Source: the human T2T-CHM13v2.0 reference genome, Homo sapiens
Direction: 5' to 3' (one strand)
NCBI RefSeq assembly: GCF_009914755.1
Contig: NC_060925.1
DNA: 64,000 nucleotides
Position 1 is the stretch's first letter, and each line of letters opens with the position of its first letter. Positions 1 through 14,300 of this stretch are shown one piece after another. The position numbers and the translations under genes are program-made. The notes beneath the pieces were generated by a model. That model saw only the letters and a list, made by a program, of their open reading frames with translations, was not told the DNA's origin and did not search any database.

Positions 1-148
1 GAATGGAATCATCATTGAATGGAATCCAATGGAATCATCGAGTGGAATCGAATGGAATTATGATCAAATGGAATCTAATGTAATCATCATCAAATGGAAT
101 CAAAAATAACCATCATCAATTGGTATTGAATTGAATTGTCATCAAATG

Positions 149-1924
149 GAATTCAAAGGAATCATCATCAAATGGAACCGAATGGAATCCTCATTGAATG
201 GAAATGAAAGGGGTCATCATCTAATGGAATCGCATGGAATCATCATCAAATGGAATCGAATGGAATCATCATCAAATGGAATCTAATGGAATCATTGAAC
301 AGAATTGAATGGAATCGTCATCGAATGAATTGAATGCAATCATCGAATGGTCTCGAATGGAATCATCTTCTAATGGAAAGGAATGGAATCATCGCATAGA
401 ATCGAATGGAATTATCATCGAATGGAATCGAATGGTATCAACACCAAACGGAAAAAAACGGAATTATCGAATGGAATCGAAGAGAATCTTCGAACGGACC
501 CGAATGGAATCATCTAATGGAATGGAATGGAATAATCCATGGACTCGAATGCAATCATCATCGAATGGAATGGAATGGAATCATCGAATGGACTCGAATG
601 GAATAATCATTGAACGGAATCGAATGGAATCATCATCGGATGGAAACGAATGGAATCATCATCGAATGGAAATGAAAGGAGTCATCATCTAATGGAATTG
701 CATGGAATCATCATCAAATGGAATCGAATGGAATCAACATCAAATGGAATCAAATGGAATCATTGAACGGAATTGAATGGAATCCTCATCGAATGAATTG
801 ACTGCAATCATCGAATGGTCTCGAATGGAATCATCTTCAAATGGAATGGAATGGAATCATCGCATAGAATCGAATGGAATTATCATCGAATGGAATCGAA
901 TGGAATCAACATCAAACGGAAAAAAACGGAATTATCGAATGGAATCGAAGAGAATCATCGAATGGACCCGAATGGAATCATCTAATGGAATGGAATGGAA
1001 TAATCCATGGACTCGAATGCAATCATCATCGAATGGAATCGAATGGAATCATCGAATGGACTCGAATGGAATAATCATTGAACGGAATCGAATGGAATCA
1101 TCATCGGATGGAAATGAATGGAATCATCATCGAATGGAATCGAATAGAATTATGGAATGAAATCCAGTGTGATCATCATCGAATGGACCCGAATGGAATC
1201 ATCATCCAACGGAAGCTAATGGAATCAACATCGAATGAATCGAATGGAAACACCATCGAATTGAAACGAATGGAATTATCATGAAATTGAAATGGATGGA
1301 CTCATCATGGAATGGGTTCGAATAGAATCATTGAATAAAATTGATTGAAATCATCATCCAATGGAATCGAATGGTATCATTGAATGGAATCGAATGGAAT
1401 CATCATCAGATGGAAATGAATGGAATCGTCATAGAATGGAATCGAATGGATTCATTGAATGGAATCAGATGGAATCATCGAATGGACTGAAATGGAATCA
1501 TTGAATGGACTCGAAAGGGATCATTATTGAATGGAATTGAATGGAATCATCGAATGGTCTCGATTGGAATCATTATCAAATGGAATGGAATGGAATCACC
1601 GAATAGAATCGAATGGAACAATCATCGAATGGACTCAAATGGAATTATCCTCCAATGGAATCGAATGGAATTATCGAATGCAATCGAATGGAATTATCGA
1701 ATGCAATCGAATAGAATCATCGAATGGACTCGAATGGAATCATCGAATGGAATGGAATGGAACAGTCAATGAACTCGAATGGAATCATCATTGAATGGAA
1801 TCGAATGGAATCATCGAGTGGAATCGAATGGAATTATGATCAAATGGAATCGAATGTAATCATCATCAAATGGAATCAAAAATAACCATCATCAATTGGT
1901 ATTGAATGGAATTGTCATCAAATG
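149..1924 (+). repeat. Representative canonical 1776 bp unit (EcoRI to EcoRI)
   Basis: GAATTC at 149-154 and 1925-1930 in the identical context TGGAATTCAAAGGAATC. Confidence 0.95.
190..1135 (+). repeat. Internal 468 bp direct duplication within the unit (blocks A and B)
   Basis: GAAATGAAAGG(G/A)GTCATCATCTAATGG at 201 and 669. Near-identical pseudo-ORFs at 309 and 777, offset 468. Fixed differences include TTGAATGC/TTGACTGC, TTCTAATGGAAAGG/TTCAAATGGAATGG and GGTATCAACACC/GGAATCAACATC. Confidence 0.93.
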
Positions 1925-3834
1925 GAATTCAAAGGAATCATCATCAAATGGAACCGAATGGAATCCTCATTGAATGGAAATGAAAGGGGTCATCATCTAA
2001 TGGAATCGCATGGAATCATCATCAAATGGAATCGAATGGAATCATCATCAAATGGAATCTAATGGAATCATTGAACAGAATTGAATGGAATCGTCATCGA
2101 ATGAATTGAATGCAATCATCGAATGGTCTCGAATGGAATCATCTTCTAATGGAAAGGAATGGAATCATCGCATAGAATCGAATGGAATTATCATCGAATG
2201 GAATCGAATGGTATCAACACCAAACGGAAAAAAACGGAATTATCGAATGGAATCGAAGAGAATCTTCGAACGGACCCGAATGGAATCATCTAATGGAATG
2301 GAATGGAATAATCCATGGACTCGAATGCAATCATCATCGAATGGAATGGAATGGAATCATCGAATGGACTCGAATGGAATAATCATTGAACGGAATCGAA
2401 TGGAATCATCATCGGATGGAAACGAATGGAATCATCATCGAATGGAAATGAAAGGAGTCATCATCTAATGGAATTGCATGGAATCATCATCAAATGGAAT
2501 CGAATGGAATCAACATCAAATGGAATCAAATGGAATCATTGAACGGAATTGAATGGAATCGTCATCGAATGAATTGACTGCAATCATCGAATGGTCTCGA
2601 ATGGAATCATCTTCAAATGGAATGGAATGGAATCATCGCATAGAATCGAATGGAATTATCATCGAATGGAATCGAATGGAATCAACATCAAACGGAAAAA
2701 AACGGAATTATCGAATGGAATCGAAGAGAATCATCGAATGGACCCGAATGGAATCATCTAATGGAATGGAATGGAATAATCCATGGACTCGAATGCAATC
2801 ATCATCGAATGGAATCGAATGGAATCATCGAATGGACTCGAATGGAATAATCATTGAACGGAATCGAATGGAATCATCATCGGATGGAAATGAATGGAAT
2901 CATCATCGAATGGAATCGAATAGAATTAGGGAATGAAATCCAGTGTGATCATCATCGAATGGACCCGAATGGAATCATCATCCAACGGAAGCTAATGGAA
3001 TCAACATCGAATGAATCGAATGGAAACACCATCGAATTGAAACGAATGGAATTATCATGAAATTGAAATGGATGGACTCATCATCGAATGGATTCGAATG
3101 GAATCATCGAATAAAATTGATTGAAATCATCATCAAATGGAATCGAATGGTATCATTGAATGGAATCGAATGGAATCATCATCAGATGGAAATGAATGGA
3201 ATCGTCATAGAATGGAATCGAATGGATTCATTGAATGGAATCAGATGGAATCATCGAATGGACTGGAATGGAATCATTGAAGGGACTCGAAAGTGATCAT
3301 TATTGAATGGAATTGAATGGAATCATCGAATGGTCTCGATTGGAATCATTATCAAATGGAATCGAATGGAATCACCGAATAGAATCGAATGGAACAATCA
3401 TAGAATGGACTCAAATGGAATTATCCTCCAATGGAATCGAATGGAATTATCGAATGCAATCGAATGGAATTATCGAATGCAATCGAATAGAATCATCGAA
3501 TGGACTCGAATGGAATCATCGAATGGAATGGAATGGAACAGTCAATGAACTCGAATGGAATCATCATTGAATGGAATCGAATGGAATCATCGAGTGGAAT
3601 CGAATGGAATTATGATCAAATGGAATCGAATGTAATCCTCATCAAATGGAATCAAAAATAACCATCATCAATTGGTATTGAATGGAATTGTCATCAAATG
3701 GAATTCAAAGGAATCATCATCAAATGGAACCGAATGGAATCCTCATTGAATGGAAATGAAAGGGGTCATCATCAAATGGAATCGAATGGAATCATCATCA
3801 AATGGAATCTAATGGAATCATTGAACAGAATTGA

Positions 3835-5142
3835 ATGGAATCGTCATCGAATGAATTGAATGCAATCATCGAATGGTCTCGAATGGAATCATCTTCTAAT
3901 GGAAAGGAATGGAATCATCGCATAGAATCGAACGGAATTATCATCGAATGGAATCCAATGGTATCAACACCAAACGGAAAAAAACGGAATTATCGAATGG
4001 AATCGAAGAGAATCTTCGAACGGACCCGAATGGAATCATCTAATGGAATGGAATGGAATAATCCATGGACTTGAATGCAATCATCATCGAATGGAATCGA
4101 ATGGAATCATCGAATGGACTCGAATGGAATAATCATTGAACGGAATCGAATGGAATCATCATCGGATGGAAATGAATGGAATCATCATCGAATGGAATCG
4201 AATAGAATTATGGAATGAAATCCAGTGTGATCATCATCGAATGGACCCGAATGGAATCATCATCCAACGGAAGCTAATGGAATCAACATCGAATGAATCG
4301 AATGGAAACACCATCGAATTGAAACGAATGGAATTATCATGAAATTGAAATGGATGGACTCATCATCGAATGGATTCGAATGGAATCATCGAATAAAATT
4401 GATTGAAATCATCATCAAATGGAATCGAATGGTATCATTGAATGGAATCGAATGGAATCATCATCAGATGGAAATGAATGGAATCGTCATAGAATGGAAT
4501 CGAATGGATTCATTGAATGGAATCAGATCGAATCATCAAATGGACTGGAATGGAAACATTGAATGGACTCGAAAGGGATCATTATTGAATGGAATTGAAT
4601 GGAATCATCGAATGGTCTCGATTGGAATCATTACCAAATGGAATCGAATGGAATCACCGAATAGAATCGAATGGAACAATCATCGAATGGACTCAAATAG
4701 AATTATCCTCAAATGGAATCGAATGGAATTATCGAATGCAATCGAATGGAATTATCGAATGCAATCGAATAGAATCATCGAATGGACTCGAATGGAATCA
4801 TCGAATGGAATGGAATGGAACAGTCAATGAACTCGAATGGAATCATCATTGAATGGAATCGAATGGAATCATCGAGTGGAATCGAATGGAATTATGATCA
4901 AATGGAATCGAATGTAATCATCATCAAATGGAATCAAAAATAACCATCATCAATTGGTATTGAATGGAATTGTCATCAAATGGAATTCAAAGGAATCATC
5001 ATCAAATGGAACCGAATGGAATCCTCATTGAATGGAAATGAAAGGGGTCATCATCTAATGGAATCGCATGGAATCATCATCAAATGGAATCGAATGGAAT
5101 CATCATCAAATGGAATCTAATGGAATCATTGAACAGAATTGA
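3835..5142 (+). repeat. 1308 bp unit with a fused A/B block (468 bp shorter than canonical)
   Basis: Anchor spacing 3835 to 5143. A-type markers run up to about 4023, then the B-type ending and block C follow from about 4170. Confidence 0.9.
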
Positions 5143-6918
5143 ATGGAATCGTCATCGAATGAACTGAATGCAATCATCGAATGGTCTCGAATGGAATCAT
5201 CTTCTAATGGAAAGGAATGGAATCATCGCATAGAATCGAATGGAATTATCATCGAATGGAATCGAATGGTATCAACACCAAACGGAAAAAAACGGAATTA
5301 TCGAATAGATTCGAAGAGAATCTTCGAACGGACCCGAATGGAATCATCTAATGGAATGGAATGGAATAATCCATGGACTCGAATGCAATCATCATCGAAT
5401 GGAATCAAATGGAATCATCGAATGGACTCGAATGGAATAATCATTGAACGGAATCGAATGGAATCATCATCGGATGGAAATGAATGGAATCATCATCCAA
5501 TGGAAATGAAAGGAGTCATCATCTAATGGAATTGCATGGAATCATCATAAAATGGAATCGAATGGAATCAACATCAAATGGAATCAAATGGAATCATTGA
5601 ACGGAATTGAATGGAATCGTCATCGAATGTATTGACTGCAATCATCGAATGGTCTCGAATGGAATCATCTTCAAATGGAATGGAATGGAATCATCGCATA
5701 GAATCGAATGGAATTATCATCGAATGGAATCGAATGGAATCAACATCAAACGGAAAAAAACGGAATTATCGAATGGAATCGAAGAGAATCATCGAATGGA
5801 CCCGAATGGAATCATCTAATGGAATGGAATGGAATAATCCATGGACTCGAATGCAATCATCATCGAATGGAATCGAATGGAATCATCGAATGGACTCGAA
5901 TGGAATAATCATTGAACGGAATCGAATGGAATCATCATCGGATGGAAATGAATGGAATCATCATCGAATGGAATCGAATATAATTATGGAATGAAATCCA
6001 GTGTGATCATCATCGAATGGACCCGAATGGAATCATCATCCAACGGAAGCTAATGGAATCAACATCGAATGAATCGAATGGAAACACCATCGAATTGAAA
6101 CGAATGGAATTATCATGAAATTGAAATGGATGGACTCATCATCGAATGGATTCGAATGGAATCATCGAATAAAATTGATTGAAATCATCATCCAATGGAA
6201 TCGAATGGTATCATTGAATGGAATCGAATGGAATCATCATCAGATGGAAATGAATGGAATCGTCATAGAATGGAATCGAATGGATTCATTGAATGGAATC
6301 AGATGGAATCATCGAATGGACTGGAATGGAATCATTGAATGGACTCGAAAGGGATCATGATTGAATGGAATTGAATGGAATCATCGAATGGTCTCGATTA
6401 GAATCATTATCAAATGGAATCGAATGGAATCACCGAATAGAATCGAATGGAACAATCATCGAATGGACTCAAATGGAATTATCCTCAAATGGAATCGAAT
6501 GGAATTATCGAATGCAATCGAATGGAATTATCGAATGCAATCGAATAGAATCATCGAATGGACTCGAATGGAATCATCGAATGGAATGGAATGGAACAGT
6601 CAATGAACTCGAATGGAATCATCATTGAATGGAATCGAATGGAATCATCGAGTGGAATCGAATGGAATTATGATCAAATGGAATCGAATGTAATCATCAT
6701 CAAATGGAATCAAAAATAACCATCATCAATTGGTATTGAATGGAATTGTCATCAAATGGAATTCAAAGGAATCATCATCAAATGGAACCGAATGGAATCC
6801 TCATTGAATGGAAATGAAAGGGGTCATCATCTAATGGAATCGCATGGAATCATCATCAAATGGAATCGAATGGAATCATCATCAAATGGAATCTAATGGA
6901 ATCATTGAACAGAATTGA

Positions 6919-7701
6919 ATGGAATCGTCATCGAATGAATTGAATGCAATCATCGAATGGTCTCGAATGGAATCATCTTCTAATGGAAAGGAATGGAATC
7001 ATCGCATAGAATCGAATGGAATTATCATCGAATGGAATCGAATGGTATCAACACCAAACGGAAAAAAACGGAATTATCGAATGGAATCGAAGAGAATCTT
7101 CGAACGGACCCGAATGGAATCATCTAATGGAATGGAATGGAATAATCCATGGACTCGAATGCAATCATCATCGAATGGAATGGAATGGAATCATCGAATG
7201 GACTCGAATGGAATAATCATTGAACGGAATCGAATGGAATCATCATCGGATGGAAACGAATGGAATCATCATCGAATGGAAATGAAAGGAGTCATCATCT
7301 AATGGAATTGCATGGAATCATCATAAAATGGAATCGAATGGAATCAACATCAAATGGAATCAAATGGAATCATTGAACGGAATTGAATGGAATCGTCATC
7401 GAATGAATTGACTGCAATCATCGAATGGTCTCGAATGGAATCATCTTCAAATGGAATGGAATGGAATCATCGCATAGAATCGAATGGAATTATCATCGAA
7501 TGGAATCGAATGGAATCAACATCAAACGGAAAAAAACGGAATTATCGAATGGAATCGAAGAGAATCATGGAATGGACCCGAATGGAATCATCTAATGGAA
7601 TGGAATGGAATAATCCATGGACTCGAATGCAATCATCATCAAATGGAATCGAATGGAATCATCATCAAATGGAATCTGATGGAATCATTGAACAGAATTG
7701 A
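6919..7701 (+). repeat. 783 bp truncated unit (993 bp missing, junction near 7640)
   Basis: Block B (...GCAATCATCATC) joins directly to AAATGGAATCGAATGGAATCATCATCAAATGGAATCTGATGG, which normally precedes block A. Confidence 0.88.
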
Positions 7702-10700
7702 ATGGAATCGTCATCGAATGAATTGAATGCAATCATCGAATGGTCTCGAATGTAATCACATTCTAATGGAAAGGAATGGAATCATCGCATAGAATCGAAT
7801 GGAATTAACATTGAATGGACTCGAATGGAATCAACATCAAACGGAATCAAGCGGAATTATCGAATGGAATCGAAGAGAATCATCGAATGGTCTCGAATGG
7901 AATCATCTTCTAATGGAAAGGAATGGAATCATCGCATAGAATCGAATGGAATTAACATTGAATGGACTCGAATGGAATCAACATCAAATGGAATCAAACG
8001 GAATTATCGAATGAAATCGAAGAGAATCATTGAATGGACTCGAATGGAATCATCTAATGGAATGGAATGGAATAATCCACGGACTCGAATGCAATCATCA
8101 TCGTATAGAATCGAATGGAATCATCGAATGGACTCGAATGGAATAACCATTGAACGGAATCGAGTGGAATCATCATCGGATGGAAACGAATGGAATCATC
8201 ATCGAATGGAAATGAAAGGAGTCATCATCTAATGGAATTGCATGGAATCATCATAAAATGGAATCGAATGGAATCAACATCAAATGGAATCAAATGGAAT
8301 CATTGAACGGAATTGAATGGAATCGTCTCGAATGAATTGACTGCAATCATCGAATGGTCTCGAATGGAATCATCTTCAAATGGAATGGAATGGAATCATC
8401 GCATAGAATCGAATGGAATTATCATCGAATGGAATCGAATGGAATCAACATCAAACGGAAAAAAACGGAATTATCAAATGGAATCGAAGAGAATCATCGA
8501 ATGGACCCGAATGGAATCATCTAATGGAATGGAATGGAATAATCCATGGACTCGAATGCAATCATCATCGAATGGAATCGAATGGAATCATCGAATGGAC
8601 TCGAATGGAATAATCATTGAACGGAATCGAATGGAATCATCATCGGATGGAAATGAATGGAATCATCATCGAATGGAATCGAATAGAATTATGGAATGAA
8701 ATCCAGTGTGATCATCATCGAATGGACCCGAATGGAATCATCATCCAACGGAAGCTAATGGAATCAACATCGAATGAATCAAATGGAAACACCATCGAAT
8801 TGAAACGAATGGAATTATCATGAAATTGAAATGGATGGACTCATCATCGAATGGATTCGAATGGAATCATCGAATAAAATTGATTGAAATCATCATCGAA
8901 TGGAATCGAGTGGTATCATTGAATGGAATCGAATGGAATCAACATCAGATGGAAATGAATGGAATCGTCATAGAATGGAATCGAATGGATTCATTGAATG
9001 GAATCAGATGGAATCATCGAATGGACTGGAATGGAATCATTGAATGGACTCGAAAGGGATCATGATTGAATGGAATTGAATGGAATCATCGAATGGTCTC
9101 GATTGGAATCATTATCAAATGGAATCGAATGGAATCACCGAATAGAATCGAATGGAACAATCATCGAATGGACTCAAATGGAATTATCCTCAAATGGAAT
9201 CGAATGGAATTATCGAATGCAATCGAATGGAATTATCGAATGCAATCGAATAGAATCATCGAATGGACTCGAATGGAATCATCGAATGGAATGGAATGGA
9301 ACAGTCAATGAACTCGAATGGAATCATCATTGAATGGAATCGAATGGAATCATCCAGTGGAATCGAATGGAATTATGATCAAATGGAATCGAATGTAATC
9401 ATCATCAAATGGAATCAAAAATAACCATCATCAATTGGTATTGAATGGAATTGTCATCAAATGGAATTCAAAGGAATCATCATCAAATGGAACCGAATGG
9501 AATCCTCATTGAATGGAAATGAAAGGGGTCATCATCTAATGGAATCGCATGGAATCATCATCAAATGGAATCGAATAGAATCATCATCAAATGGAATCTA
9601 ATGGAATCATTGAACAGAATTGAATGGAATCGTCATCGAATGAATTGAATGCAATCATCGAATGGTCTCGAATGGAATCATCTTCTAATGGAAAGGAATG
9701 GAATCATCGCATAGAATCGAATGGGATTATCATCGAATGGAATCGAATGGTATCAACACCAAACGGAAAAAAACGGAATTATCGAATGGAATCGAAGAGA
9801 ATCTTCGAACGGACCCGAATGGAATCATCTAATGGAATGGAATGGAATAATCCATGGACTCGAATGCAATCATCATCGAATGGAATCGAATGGAATCATC
9901 GAATGGACTCGAATGGAATAATCATTGAACGGAATCGATTGGAATCATCATCGGATGGAAACGAATGGAATCATCATGGAATGGAAATGAAAGGAGTCAT
10001 CATCTAATGGAATTGCATGGAATCATCATAAAATGGAATCGAATGGAAACAACATCAAATGGAATCAAATGGAATCATTGAACGGAATTGAATGGAATCG
10101 TCATCGAATGAATTGACTGCAATCATCCAATGGTCTCGAATGGAATCATCTTCAAATGGAATGGAATGGAATCATCGCATAGAATCGAATGGAATTATCA
10201 TCGAATGGAATCGAATGGAATCAACATCCAACGGAAAAAAACGGAATTATCGAATGGAATCGAAGAGAATCATCGAATGGACCCGAATGGAATCATCTAA
10301 TGGAATGGAATGGAATAATCCATGGACTCGAATGCAATCATCATCGAATGGAATCGAATGGAATCATCGAATGGACTCGAATGGAATAATCATTGAACGG
10401 AATCGAATGGAATCATCATCGGATGGAAATGAATGGAATCATCATCGAATGGAATCGAATAGAATTATGGAATGAAATCCAGTGTGATCATCATCGAATG
10501 GACCCGAATGGAATCATCATCCAACGGAAGCTAATGGAATCAACATCGAATGAATCGAATGGAAACACCATCGAATTGAAACGAATGGAATTATCATGAA
10601 ATTGAAATGGATGCACTCATCATCGAATGGATTCGAATGGAATCATCGAATAAAATTGATTGAAATCATCATCAAATGGAATCGAATGGTATCATTGAAT

Positions 10701-13700
10701 GGAATCGAATGGAATCATCATCAGATGGAAATGAATGGAATCGTCATAGAATGGAATCGAATGGATTCATTGAATGGAATCAGATGGAATCATCGAATGG
10801 ACTGGAATGGAATCATTGAATGGACTCGAAAGGGATCATTATTGAATGGAATTGAATGGAATCATCGAATGGTCTCGATTGGAATCATTATCAAATGGAA
10901 TCGAATGGAATCACCGAATAGAATCGAATGGAACAATCATCGAATGGACTCAAATGGAATTATCCTCCAATGGAATCGAATGGAATTATCGAATGCAATC
11001 GAATGGAATTATCGAATGCAATCGAATAGAATCATCGAATGGACTCGAATGGAATCATCGAATGGAATGGAATGGAACAGTCAATGAACTCGAATGGAAT
11101 CATCATTGAATGGAATCGAATGGAATCATCGAATGGAATCGAATGGAATTATGATCAAATGGAATCGAATATAATCATCATCAAATGGAATCAAAAATAA
11201 CCATCATCAATTGGTATTGAATGGAATTCTCATCAAATGGAATTCAAAGGAGTCATCATCAAATGGAACTGAATGGAATCCTCATTGAATGGAAATGAAA
11301 GGGGTCATCATCTAATGGAATCGCATGGAATCATCATCAAATGGAATCGAATGGAATCATCATCAAATGGAATCTGATGGAATCATTGAACAGAATTGAA
11401 TGGAATCGTCATCGAATGAATTGAATGCAATCATCGAATGGTCTCGAATGTAATCACATTCTAATGGAAAGGAATGGAATCATCGCATAGAATCGAATGG
11501 AATTAACATTGAATGGACTCGAATGGAATCAACATCAAACGGAATCAAGCGGAATTATCGAATGGAATCGAAGAGAATCATCGAATGGTCTCGAATGGAA
11601 TCATCTTCTAATGGAAAGGAATGGAATCATCGCATAGAATCGAATGGAATTAACATTGAATGGACTCGAATGGAATCAACATCAAATGGAATCAAACGGA
11701 ATTATCGAATGAAATCGAAGAGAATCATTGAATGGACTCGAATGGAATCATCTAATGGAATGGAATGGAATAATCCACGGACTCGAATGCAATCATCATC
11801 GTATAGAATCGAATGGAATCATCGAATGGACTCGAATGGAATAACCATTGAACGGAATCGAGTGGAATCATCATCGGATGGAAACGAATGGAATCATCAT
11901 CGAATGGAAATGAAAGGAGTCATCATCTAATGGAATTGCATGGAATCATCATAAAATGGAATCGAATGGAATCAACATCAAATGGAATCAAATGGAATCA
12001 TTGAACGGAATTGAATGGAATCGTCTCGAATGAATTGACTGCAATCATCGAATGGTCTCGAATGGAATCATCTTCAAATGGAATGGAATGGAATCATCGC
12101 ATAGAATCGAATGGAATTATCATCGAATGGAATCGAATGGAATCAACATCAAACGGAAAAAAACGGAATTATCAAATGGAATCGAAGAGAATCATCGAAT
12201 GGACCCGAATGGAATCATCTAATGGAATGGAATGGAATAATCCATGGACTCGAATGCAATCATCATCGAATGGAATCGAATGGAATCATCGAATGGACTC
12301 GAATGGAATAATCATTGAACGGAATCGAATGGAATCATCATCGGATGGAAATGAATGGAATCATCATCGAATGGAATCGAATAGAATTATGGAATGAAAT
12401 CCAGTGTGATCATCATCGAATGGACCCGAATGGAATCATCATCCAACGGAAGCTAATGGAATCAACATCGAATGAATCAAATGGAAACACCATCGAATTG
12501 AAACGAATGGAATTATCATGAAATTGAAATGGATGGACTCATCATCGAATGGATTCGAATGCAATCATCGAATAAAATTGATTGAAATCATCATCGAATG
12601 GAATCGAGTGGTATCATTGAATGGAATCGAATGGAATCAACATCAGATGGAAATGAATGGAATCGTCATAGAATGGAATCGAATGGATTCATTGAATGGA
12701 ATCAGATGGAATCATCGAATGGACTGGAATGGAATCATTGAATGGACTCGAAAGGGATCATGATTGAATGGAATTGAATGGAATCATCGAATGGTCTCGA
12801 TTGGAATCATTATCAAATGGAATCGAATGGAATCACCGAATAGAATCGAATGGAACAATCATCGAATGGACTCAAATGGAATTATCCTCAAATGGAATCG
12901 AATGGAATTATCGAATGCAATCGAATGGAATTATCGAATGCAATCGAATAGAATCATCGAATGGACTCGAATGGAATCATCGAATGGAATGGAATGGAAC
13001 AGTCAATGAACTCGAATGGAATCATCATTGAATGGAATCGAATGGAATCATCGAGTGGAATCGAATGGAATTATGATCAAATGGAATCGAATGTAATCAT
13101 CATCAAATGGAATCAAAAATAACCATCATCAATTGGTATTGAATGGAATTGTCATCAAATGGAATTCAAAGGAATCATCATCAAATGGAACCGAATGGAA
13201 TCCTCATTGAATGGAAATGAAAGGGGTCATCATCTAATGGAATCGCATGGAATCATCATCAAATGGAATCGAATAGAATCATCATCAAATGGAATCTAAT
13301 GGAATCATTGAACAGAATTGAATGGAATCGTCATCGAATGAATTGAATGCAATCATCGAATGGTCTCGAATGGAATCATCTTCTAATGGAAAGGAATGGA
13401 ATCATCGCATAGAATCGAATGGGATTATCATCGAATGGAATCGAATGGTATCAACACCAAACGGAAAAAAACGGAATTATCGAATGGAATCGAAGAGAAT
13501 CTTCGAACGGACCCGAATGGAATCATCTAATGGAATGGAATGGAATAATCCATGGACTCGAATGCAATCATCATCGAATGGAATCGAATGGAATCATCGA
13601 ATGGACTCGAATGGAATAATCATTGAACGGAATCGATTGGAATCATCATCGGATGGAAACGAATGGAATCATCATGGAATGGAAATGAAAGGAGTCATCA

Positions 13701-14300
13701 TCTAATGGAATTGCATGGAATCATCATAAAATGGAATCGAATGGAAACAACATCAAATGGAATCAAATGGAATCATTGAACGGAATTGAATGGAATCGTC
13801 ATCGAATGAATTGACTGCAATCATCCAATGGTCTCGAATGGAATCATCTTCAAATGGAATGGAATGGAATCATCGCATAGAATCGAATGGAATTATCATC
13901 GAATGGAATCGAATGGAATCAACATCCAACGGAAAAAAACGGAATTATCGAATGGAATCGAAGAGAATCATCGAATGGACCCGAATGGAATCATCTAATG
14001 GAATGGAATGGAATAATCCATGGACTCGAATGCAATCATCATCGAATGGAATCGAATGGAATCATCGAATGGACTCGAATGGAATAATCATTGAACGGAA
14101 TCGAATGGAATCATCATCGGATGGAAATGAATGGAATCATCATCGAATGGAATCGAATAGAATTATGGAATGAAATCCAGTGTGATCATCATCGAATGGA
14201 CCCGAATGGAATCATCATCCAACGGAAGCTAATGGAATCAACATCGAATGAATCGAATGGAAACACCATCGAATTGAAACGAATGGAATTATCATGAAAT
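7640..14300 (+). repeat. 3698 bp-offset duplication (1922 + 1776 bp dimer), about 1.8 copies
   Basis: Private variants recur at +3698: 147 bp duplication (7825/11523), 1 bp deletion ATCGTCTCG (~8325/~12023), GGGATTATC (~9723/~13421), ATCGATTGG (~9935/~13633), GGAAACAACATC (~10045/~13743). Confidence 0.9.
7735..8030 (+). repeat. 147 bp tandem duplication inside a divergent A* block (second copy about 11433-11728)
   Basis: GGAAAGGAATGGAATCATCGCATAGAATCGAATGGAATTAACATTGAATGGACTCG occurs twice, 147 bp apart, giving a 49-codon period in pseudo-ORF 7825. Confidence 0.9.

Noticed and set aside
10596-11087. 163 aa ORF versus 81 aa ORF as a regulated readthrough or phase switch
   Set aside because: It is only the TTA/TGA single-base variant in non-coding satellite.
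11224-11245. Extra EcoRI sites at 11224 and 63962
   Set aside because: These are single substitutions in A*-associated divergent segments with no evident functional meaning.
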